A program made the position numbers and the translations under genes. A stretch of DNA of 48,568 nucleotides from Phyllosticta citribraziliensis (lineage: Eukaryota): the NCBI RefSeq assembly GCF_038025025.1, contig NW_027117339.1, positions 2,728,001 through 2,776,568 of the forward strand. Reading direction: 5' to 3'. The notes under the pieces are model-generated. The model made no database searches and was not told where the DNA came from. It saw only the letters and a list, made by a program, of their open reading frames with translations. Each line of letters begins with the position of its first letter. The stretch's first letter is position 1. Shown one piece after another: positions 38,531 through 48,568 of the stretch.

Positions 38531-41500
38531 ATAATACTAGAACTATAGGACCCCCTCTAGTTATTAGCTATATCTTTACCCCTAACTAGTTCTAGGTACT
38601 TCTTAGCTATATTAATATCTATTAAACCCTAACCTCTAGTAGAGAAATATCCCTACTTTAATAAGCTATTATAATTAAATAACTACTCTTAAAGTATAGA
38701 ACTACTACCTACCTACTCTTTATTAAGAAATAAGCTATAAAGTAGATATATAATTTTAAATATCTTCTTAACTCTTATAGATATAATAACTAGGCTAAAT
38801 ATATAGAATTAGTTTAATATTTTAAAGGAAGGGATAACTATTAAGTAGTTAAAACTAAGAAGATAGGGAAGGAGGGGAATTAAAAAGCCTTTAAAGAATA
38901 GTTCCTTATTAACTACTCTAAAGGAGATCTAGAAAAAGATAAAGGAACTCTAAAGTAGCTTTACTACTTTATAAAGGAAAAGAAAAATCTTTAGAATAAT
39001 TAGAAGTACTTTTATTAGTACTAGTAAGTATATAAAATAGACTCTAAACTAATTAAGAAAAAGGGATTTATAATAGAAACCTAATAGATTAAATTATTCT
39101 TTAAGGGCTATTTAGATAAAGATATAGTATAGATTCTTAAGAAATATAATTTTATATAAAGTAAAAGAGATAACTAGTCCTAGGATAAACTAGTTAAGAA
39201 TATAAATAGAGCTAAAGAAATTACTAAAATATTAGAATAAGTCTAGGCTAATAACTTAACTTATTAATCTAAGTATTTACTCTTATAATATCTTAAGCTA
39301 GACCTTAAACTATATAAAAAGATTATTCTAGATTCTAAATTAAATAAATATATTAAACCTTTTACCTTTATAAAACTTATAGCCTTTAAAGAAGGACCCT
39401 CTAGTAAGGTAGTTATTAATAGTTTTAGAAACTTATTATACTAAGAATTAAACCCTAGTATAAAGGATATAGAAGAACTCTATAAATAGTTTTCCTATCT
39501 TAATATTAATATAGCTAAAGCCTAATATACTCTTAAATTTAATCCTTACTTTACTTATATATATACTAATAAGGATCTTTATTACTATTACCTTACTTAT
39601 ATATACCCTTAATTATATAAATATAATCCTTTAACTAGGCCTTATTAAAATAATTAGAACTTCTTAGCTCTCCTAAATAATTAATAATATCTAGTAAATA
39701 ATTATATAGAGGTACTATCTAATAGGTAGAATAGATAACCTATCTATTTTATATATAAAGAGGGTAGATATCTTATTTAGGATTATCTAAAAATTAAATT
39801 CTATAAAGATTAAGGCTAGATATATAAATATAAGAATAACTATTTCTTTATTAAAAAAGCTAAGGACTATACTCTATTAATACCCTTAATTATTATTCTA
39901 AGAGAGTTTAGTATAAAAAAGCTAGAAGCTATTAGGTAGGAGTTAAAATAATATAGTTATCTAATTTATAAATATTAAAAGCTACCTATAAAGAATATTT
40001 AAAGTAATATTACCTACTTCTATAACCCCTATTATAAACTAGATTAAGAAATAGATATCTTCTTCTTAGATAACCTAAGAATTATAAGAGACTTTAAAGT
40101 TAACTATTTTAAGGTAAATACTATAGATATAGATAAAAATATTTATAGCCCCTAATATCTTTAGCCTAATAAGATCTAGAAGGGAAGAATTAAATAATTA
40201 ATAAAGGCTTTAGATCTAAAGATAGGTATTAAATTAGCCTTTAAAAGAGTTAAGGTATATAGAAATCCTTATTTTAAAGAGCTTAAAGAAGAATAGGAGG
40301 TAATTCTAGCTTTTTAATTATAAAATAGACTACTAATAATAGACTAAATTAATTAACTAATCTTTTACTAGACTTTTAGAGTTATCCTACCCTAGATATA
40401 AGGTAATAATATAGATATATAAGATATAAAAGTAGCCCCTAAAAAGGGATCCTCTAGTAATAAGGATACTTAGCCTAATACCTATCCTCTACTTCTTATT
40501 AACTCTCTCTTCTAATTATTATAGAGGGAGATAGTAATTAACTTCTTTAATTAATCTAAAAGCTTTTTAGAATAGAATAAGCTTAAACCTATTATAGATA
40601 AGCTTCTATATTTAAGATTTAATATTAAAGGAATTCTAATAAGGACTATTAGAAATACTATTAGTACTATTTAAATTAGCCTAAGATAGAGTAAAACCCC
40701 TATTAAAATAGATATAGACCTAATTAAAATATGTACTACCCTAATTAATAAAGAAAAAGTTAGTATTAAGGTAATAACTCTAGTTAATAATAGAAGAACT
40801 AAATTAGATAAAAAGAGTAGACTCTATAATAACTATATAATCTCTATAGCTAAGTACTTTATTAAGTTTATAGAAAGAATTATAAATAATTAAGTAAAAG
40901 AAAAAGAATAAGCTACCTATTAGAATAAGATTTTTAGTAAACTAGAAAAGGAATTTAATACTATAAAATTATATCTACTAGGTCTAGGAAGATTATTCTA
41001 TCTAATCTTTCTAAGAATTATTCTAAGATACTACTAGAAAGGGGAAGACTTATTAGATAATAATAATATATAAGAAGTCCTAAGCTATATAGAATAGTTA
41101 AGAATAAGGTAATACTAGTATAAAAGAAAAATTATTAAGAATAGATAGATTAGGCTTTATATACTAGAAAGAATTATTTAATATCTTAAATATTAGCTTA
41201 ATTATACTTAAAAGTAGATTTAAGAATCCTCTAACTAGATTAATAAAAATATATATAGGTATTTTAAACTAAATCTACCCTTAATATTAACTAGACTACC
41301 TAAAGCTATACTATAATCTAAAAACTCTAAACTAGTTTAGAGTAATTAAATAGAGGAAGAAAAAGCTAGTTTAGAAGCTCTCTTATAGCTTATAAAGGAA
41401 TAGGGTTATTAATACTCCTATATAGAGAAAGAGTTTTAAAAGAGGCTAAATAGCTTTATCTTTAATAGAGGAGTCTATAAAGAAGTAAATATTATTTATA

Positions 41501-42420
41501 AAAAGAAATAGATAGGTTATATTATTAACTTAGATAAACCCTTAGAAATTACCTACTAAGAAAGGGGTTAGGTAGTAGAAGTTAGGTAGCTAGAATAAGT
41601 TCTTATATAAGTTATAAAGTATAACTATATTTAGCTCTATCTAGAAGGTCTAGATTTTAACTACCTAGTATTAAGTATAGAACTAAGGATCTAAGAATTT
41701 AATTAAAATTAATAACTACTTCTAGAACCTATCCTAACTACCTTACTAGTTAGATTTAGAAAGATTTATAATAAGAGTTCTACTCCTATAAAACTAAAAA
41801 AAAAGAAATAAAAATTCTATATTAATACTTTTACCTATAGGCTAGAGTAGTACCTAGGTAAAATCTACTATAACTATACTCCTAGCCCTATAAGTACTAA
41901 GATCTTTAAAGAATAGTAGAATACTAATTATATTCTATTCTATTATAATCTTCTATATATTCTAATTAGTATTAGAATACTTTATAATATAAAAGCTCTT
42001 CTAGATACTAGAGCTAAGATTAATATAATTTAATAAGATATTATAGAAATAAGTAGTATTATAACTATAGATATACCTAATAAACTTTAGGATAATATAA
42101 TAGTTAGTATAAGTAGATAAAAGGGAGAACCTTTTAAATAGTAGATACTAGATTTAGCTATTTTAGTCTAAGGAGTACCCTTTAAAAGAGTATTCTTTAT
42201 TAGCTAGGAGATAACTTAGCTAATTCTTCTTAAATTACCCTAGCTCTACTAAATAGGTTTTATATTAAATCTTTTCCTAAATAAACTTACTAAAGGATAA
42301 TTTACCTACTCTAATAATAAGAGCTATATTAATTTCTATCTCTCCTTTCCTAATAGATAATTAACTTAAGGAATTAAGTATAGCTTAAGCTATTATTTAA
42401 AAGTTTAACCTAGAGTCTAA
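38531..42420 (+). pseudogene. E6 ORF1 relic (gag plus protease)
   Basis: Zinc knuckle CLFC.EGGHLIRDC with an apparent 4-nt TA slippage (~39741-39790); ALLDTGAEIN at 41995-42024. Ends approximate. Confidence 0.68.
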
Positions 42421-45400
42421 AGTTTATACCTTTCTTATCTTTTCCTATATTAGTAATCCCTTTACTAAATTAAAATAAACTACCTTCCTTCTTTAATTCT
42501 AAGTTTAAAAAATTTAGCTTATTACCTAAAGAATAGGATAGAATTTTTATAGTTATACCTAACTCTCTTATTATAGAAAAGAATTATTTTAAAATTAAAT
42601 AAAAAGAAGCTAAAGATAATTAAGAATAGCCTTTTAATACCTTACTATCTACTAGATAATAAGAGGAAAATAAAGAATTTAAAGTAGAATAATAGCTACC
42701 TAATAAGATTTATAAACCTTTTATCCCTTAAAGTTAAGGAGTTAATACTACCTATAAAAATAAAGTAAATAAAATAAAACTAGTTAATAATACTAGACCT
42801 TCTACCTAAGTACTAGAAGTTAATTTAGAATAGAGGGTAAAAGTATAGGAAAAAGTACTTATAATAATACCTATAGTATTAAGTCCTTATAGCTATCTTA
42901 GATTTATCCCCTAATTTATAACTACTTAGACTAGATCTTATCTTACTAAAGAATAACTATATAAACTATATATATAGAATAGTTTATAGGAATAAGAAAA
43001 AGTAATCCTACTTAAAATCCTATTTAATTAAGAAGAAACCCTAGCCTAGACCTTTTAAGAAATAGGTAAAGTTAATAAAGTAGTAGTACCTCTATAAAAG
43101 ATTAAGATAATTCCTTATAAAGCTTAATAAATAAAGGGATACTATATTCCCTAAGCTCTCTAAAGTATTTTTAAAGAAATAGTATATAAATATTATATAA
43201 AAGGAATACTTAAATATAGCTAAGCTAGCTACTAAAATAGGGTTTTCCTAATAGAAAAGAAATCTTTAAGGATCTATAGAATAATTAATAATATATAATA
43301 AGTTAATACCTAAACTATCTATAATATATACTAACCCCTAATAATAGATAAATATTCTAAATAGTTTATAGGTATATAACTACTTAGTATCCTTAACTTC
43401 CTCTCTAGCTATAATTAAATAGGTCTCTATATTAACTCCTAAGACTTAATAACTTTCTAGATAAGCCTTAACCTTTTCTAATAAATAATACTTCCTTAAG
43501 GAGTAACTAACTTACTAGGCTAATTTTAAAGGGTTATAGAATTTATTCTTTACTAGATCTTTAAGAAAGTAGCTAGACCTTATCTTAATAATATTAGAGT
43601 AGCTAAACTAAAGACTAAGTATAATAATAAGATAGTAATCCTTAGAGTTTAATAATATATTCTTAAGTACCTACTAAACCTAGATACTACTCTATTAGAA
43701 CTTAAACTTACTAGATATACTATTTTAGTACTAAAGTATTAGTTCTATTACCTAAAGGTTATAATTATTAAATATATCTATAGAGAAAATAGAAGGGAGC
43801 CCTACTAATTAAAAATTACTACTATTATAGACTAGCTAAAATATAAAAATAAATACTATATTAGAATATTTTTAGGAATATATACCTACTATTATATTTA
43901 GATTAAAAACTATACTATAGTAGCTACTCTATTATTTAATCTCCTTTACTAATTAGTAGAATTTACTTAGGGCCTTAAAGAATAAGACTTAATAGATTCT
44001 CTAAAGAGAAGCCTAATAAGGGCCTTAGTACTTAGATTAATTAACTATAGTAAAGGAGCTAGAGAAATTATTTTAATAGTTAATACTTCTAATATTAGCT
44101 AGGGAGGCTACCTCCTCTAGATAGGAGATAATAATAAAAGATACCCTTATTATTATAAGAGTAGAATATAGAATTCTATAGAATAAAACTATAACTCTAG
44201 AAAACTTAAATATAAGGCTCTCCTTAATAGCCTAAAGAAATTTAAGTCTTAGCTATATATAATAAAATTTACTATTAAGACTAATTATACTATCTTAATA
44301 GCCTAAATTAATAAAATAATAATAGATCTCCTTAAAGTACTTATAACCTATTAGCTTACCTAGATCTAATTAATAGACTTTAATATTTATTATATCCCTA
44401 GAAGAAAGAACCTAGTAGTAGATAGACTCTCTTAAAATCTAACTTTTAAGTAACTACTAGATAAAGAGGAGGACCCTATACCCCTATAAGATATAGATAA
44501 CTAGATATAGAATTAATTATTTATATATAATATTAAAGTATGCCCTATCTAGCTTAATAATAATAATAAAGAAAATAGGGATATATTAAATATTACTATA
44601 AACTAGTTTAGAGTATTATTACTAGAAATTCCTATAATTTAATCCCTACTTAATAAGTTATATTTAAGTAAAAAATATCTTATAATTACTAGATAGCTTA
44701 TAATACTTTAGTATCCTCCTTATTTAGATTAAGCTAAATTTAAATCCTTTAAGAAGTAGGCCCTTAAATTTATTATTTATAACTAGATATTATTTAAAAA
44801 GGTAATCTAAAACTTACTACTCTAAAGGGTTATTAATAGCCCTAAATAATAATAAGCTATTTAGGAAAGTATTTATAATAAAAATAGTTACTAAGGCCTA
44901 GAAGCTACTTTAGCTAAGGTCTTAAAACTCTACTTTTAAGATACTCTTTATAAAGATATCTATTAATTTATTAAATCCTATCTAGAATATTAGTAATAAG
45001 TATCCTATTATATTAAAGAATCTCTTAAAGTCTCCTATATAACTACTTTAATATCTTAATAGGTAATTAATATAACCTATATTACTAAAAGTAATAGAAA
45101 ATTAAAATATATTATTATTTAGGAAAAAGTCTTAGAATAGGTTAAGGTAGCTATTATAAAAATAGCTAACTCTTCTAAAATAGTAAAATTTATCTATAAA
45201 GATATTATCTACTAATATAGATACCTAACCTAGATTACCTAAAATAGAGGCCCTAAAAATAAAGTAGTAGTAGAAGCCCTTTAAATTAAATATAGTATTA
45301 ATATCTACTTAATAAGTACTTACTACCTAATAGCTAATAGCTTTATTAAATAAGGTTATTAGCCTATCCTTAATACCCTTTTAAAACTTACCTAGGGTAG

Positions 45401-46110
45401 TAGTAGATATTAGATATTCTATTTACTAACTATTATTTAGGTAGACTATACTACTACTTAAAGAACTACTAGTCTAATACCTATAGAATTAATATATAGG
45501 TATAATATAATTCTCCTAATTAAGCTAGAAATCCTTTCTTAGTAGGCTCTATCTTAGTCTTTAGTATAGAATAATACTAACCTCCTTACCCTTTAGACCT
45601 AACAGATTAAATAATAAGACTAGTAACTATTTAAAGTTACTTTATATACCTATTAATAAAGAATTATAGCTATAAAATACTAGGATAATATTTATAATAT
45701 CTATCCTAGTATTAATATTCTAAATAAAGGAGATATAGTACTCTTAAAAAACTTAGTACTAGAAATAGCCTATAATAAAAAGATATAGTTTTAGTAGTAA
45801 GGCCCCTATAAGATCTTTTAAATTAACTATTATATAGATACTTATTATCTTAAGGAGCTAGAAAGAAGAGGGGCTTAGCTTTAAGGTACCTACCTAAAAT
45901 AATAGCTTAAAAGATTCCTATAATAAGAGGATAACCTTTAAGAAGAACCTATTATACCTATAAAAGACCTAATTCTAAAAGAGTAACCTATAGCTAAGGA
46001 ACCTCTAGTATTAATCTATAAAAGGTACCCTCCTCTATAATAAAGGGGATATAATATCTAGACTCTTATACCCCTATTTAAAGAGAGGCTTTACTTTAGT
46101 TATAGACTTA
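42420..46110 (+). pseudogene. E6 ORF2 relic (RT, RNase H, integrase)
   Basis: 'LPQG.TNS' (~43491-43514); YLDD at 43581-43592; RNase H 'VDASDIGWGG.L.Q.....KRYPCRYESGIWN..EQNYDSGKLECKAL' (~44078-44225); integrase 'DGGPENK' (~45243-45263); GPY at 45801-45809. Ends approximate. Confidence 0.9.
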
Positions 46111-46417
46111 ATTAAATTATAAAATTAGACTCTAACTCTAAAGACCCCCTTAAGGACTACTATAAGGTACTACTATACCTTAGATCTTTTTCTCTAAGGA
46201 TTATTATTCTATTATATTACCTACTATTAGCCCTTTAGTACTAGCTATTTCTCTCTAAAATATATAGGATCTCTAATTCTATAACCTAAATTTATAAAGA
46301 TACCCCCCTAAATTAATATCCTTTAGTATTTAAAAAATACTATAGTCTAGCTTAGTTTTTTATTTCTATACCTAATTTCCCTTATCTAGTTTTATTAGTA
46401 GTATCCCTACCTATACT

Positions 46418-46717
46418 ATAGATTATATCTACCTTAAAATTATAGTTCCTAAAGCCCCTAGGATACCCTATATAGTCTATAGCTATAGTCCCTAATATAC
46501 CTAGGACTATATACCTACCCTACCTACTAGTAACTATAGTTACTACCCTAATTTTTAAAGTAAATATACTAGAATCCCTATTTCCTATTAGCTAAAATCT
46601 TAGAGATCCCCTTATTATAGCCCTAGAAAAATAACTAAAAAAGTAATAGTAAATAGTTCCTAAGGCCCTCTCTATTACTACCCTTAACTTAAAAAACTAA
46701 GAAAATTAAAAAATTAA
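46418..46717 (+). pseudogene. Possible short accessory ORF with a Zn2Cys6-like cluster and basic tail
   Basis: TAT/TAC codons at 46469-46567 are spaced as CX2C-X5-C-X3-C-X8-CX2C-X6-C if read as RIP-mutated Cys codons. K/R-rich sequence follows. Confidence 0.4.
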
Positions 46718-47101
46718 ATCTTACTAAGATCCCTATTACCCTTATTTTAAAATTCCTAGTTAAAAAACTAGAAATTTAGTATTTTTTATTTTCTCTATAA
46801 ATTCCTAGGAGGTCTCCTACTTATTTATTAAGTATAAAAAGAACCTAGAAAAATCTTACTCTTTAGTTCCCTCTTTATCCTATCTAGTAATATAATAACC
46901 TAGGTACCTAGTCTAAAGTTATACTACCTAATATTAAACTTAATAACCTTATTATTATATATTTTTATATATAAAAATTAGGTTAGAAACTTAGATTATA
47001 GTAGGATTTTAGTAATAAACCCTTATATTAGTTACCTTAATACTAGCTTAAAATATTAATTAAAAAATAGAAAACCTAACTTACTAATTTCCTATAGCCT
47101 A

Positions 47102-48295
47102 TTATACTTTAAAGGTATAAAGGGCTCCCTTTAAGTTATCTTCCTTAAATAACTAAGCTTTTAAAAGGGCCTCCTAATATTATTAGCTAACTTTAGTAAC
47201 TCTATTAACTACTATATAGACCCTCTCCTCTTTAAGAAGTATAAAATAATAAATAAAGTTATCTACTATATCTATTAAATAATAACTTATAAAAAGCTAC
47301 TAGAACTCTAATAAATTAAGTCTCCTAGAATAAGAAAAGTAGGGCCTAGTATTAAGCTATAAACTCCTAGAAGGATTAGCTAAAAACCCCTTAAAACTAA
47401 GATAAGTAGAGTTAATATATTCCCTATTAAAAATCCTAGGAATTAAGTAATAATTAATAAATAGAATAAAAAGACTATCCTTATTATAGCCCTAGGTATA
47501 GAGAGTATAAGGGACCTCTATTAAAATAGCTAAAATCTAAAGAGTATTAAAGATACTAATATACTCCTCTTCTAGGCTAGTAGTTATAGAATAGTTAATA
47601 AGAGCCTAATCCTAAAACCTAGATAAATTAAAATAGATCTAATTAATCTATTACTACTAATTATTTAGTAAAGATAAAAGCTATAAGTTTTAAGAACTTA
47701 TACTATAAAGTAATAGGATAATATAATCTTAAAGTACTAGGCCTAGGCCCTACTTCTTAGAAGGTATAAAGATACTAGTACTATTATAAAAGTCTTAATA
47801 GATATCCTTTATAAAATTAAAGATAAAAGGCCTATCTTTACTACTAGACTATAGGAGTAAATAAAAGGGAGTACCTATAGACTTCTTAATAAAGGATAAA
47901 GGTAAGAAGTTAAGCTACTTATAGTTTAACTAGGTATTAGGATTTAGAGTAGAGATAATTACTTTAAGAATTAGTAAAAGACTAAAAATAGTATTTAATA
48001 AATAGATAACTTACTTAATTCTAGAGAGGTAGCTATAAGGGTAGATTATAAGAGAAGGATAGAATAGAGTTAAAGAGATAAAGAGGCCTTATCTAGATAA
48101 AGTAGATCTTTTATCTTAAGCTAAATCTAGCCTAATAACTATATATAGAAGGAGTATAATTATAATTACTCTTTTTAACTTTAGTAGGTACTAACCTAAT
48201 ACTACTACCTACTATAAAATATATTTATCCTCCTTTAAATAACTAACCCTCTCTATCTCTACTATATCTACCTATCCTCCCTCTACACCTATTAT
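47102..48295 (-). pseudogene. Antisense accessory ORF relic (~398 codons) in the E6 3' region, unknown function
   Basis: Continuous protein-like frame with only RIP-type stops. An unmutated in-frame TGA at 48296-48298 bounds it upstream. Helical, coiled-coil-like C-terminus 'LLEEERVRAAVD.V.EVSQRYQEALLKA'. Confidence 0.55.
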
Positions 48296-48568
48296 TCATC
48301 CTTTATACCTTTACTTTATCTCTCTATAGCTTATCTTAAGTCTATTTTTACTAGATTATACTATTTAGTAAGCTTTAGCTTATTAGTAAAGGTTAGAACC
48401 TTACTAGCTTACTCCTATTACCCTATTTTAGTTACTTTTACTTACTTAATCAACTCTTAGCTTAAGCTTATAGCCTTATTTTTACCTATATATCTTTAAT
48501 TAGGCGCGCCTATTATTATACCTTTATATTACTAGTACCTACTACTCCTACCTAGATACTACCTATAT

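Larger units (their letters stand above)
1..48568. other. RIP-mutated AT-rich transposon block (filamentous ascomycete heterochromatin-like region)
   Basis: CA, TG and CG dinucleotides are almost absent throughout and TA is in great excess. The two E3 LTRs show the change directly: ggtgcgcctagcgct at ~17906 versus ggtatacctagtact at ~9597. Retroelement motifs appear with D->N, W->stop, Q->stop and C/H/R->Y changes, as expected from C:G->T:A transitions. Confidence 0.97.
37221..48568 (+). mobile_element. E6: second non-chromoviral (Ylt1-like) Ty3/gypsy relic; 3' LTR outside the window
   Basis: Putative LTR start tatagtacccctg (RIP of TGT...) at 37221 coincides with the break in the dioxygenase frame and a shift to A-run-rich sequence. 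gag-PR, RT, RNase H and integrase follow. The left boundary is inferred. Confidence 0.75.

Noticed and set aside
1..48568. Alternative genetic code or stop-codon readthrough (frequent in-frame TAA/TAG in conserved domains)
   Set aside because: The stops fall where CAA, CAG, TGG or CGA codons are expected and come with D->N and C/H/R->Y changes. RIP explains this fully.

Overview
This window is an AT-rich block from a filamentous ascomycete, almost completely mutated by repeat-induced point mutation (RIP). CpA, TpG and CpG are nearly absent, TpA is everywhere, and I found no intact gene. Reversing the RIP changes by eye resolves it into six nested Ty3/gypsy LTR retrotransposon relics. E1, E2, E3 and E4 are chromovirus-like and on the minus strand; E3 is full length (9078-17972, 586-bp LTRs, 5-bp target-site duplication). 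E5 and E6 are non-chromoviral, Ylt1-like and on the plus strand. Two solo copies of the 596-bp E5 LTR carry 4-bp target-site duplications (TSDs). Three of the elements carry extra ORFs downstream of integrase. E5 has a ~900-codon ORF ending in a PhyH-like 2-oxoglutarate/Fe(II) dioxygenase domain, a candidate retrotransposon-borne chromatin or anti-silencing enzyme. E3 has an antisense ~545-codon ORF with a DUF3716-like Cys cluster. E6 has a short Zn2Cys6-like ORF and an antisense ~400-codon ORF. All protein readings are manual de-RIP reconstructions, not database results, and ORF ends are approximate.
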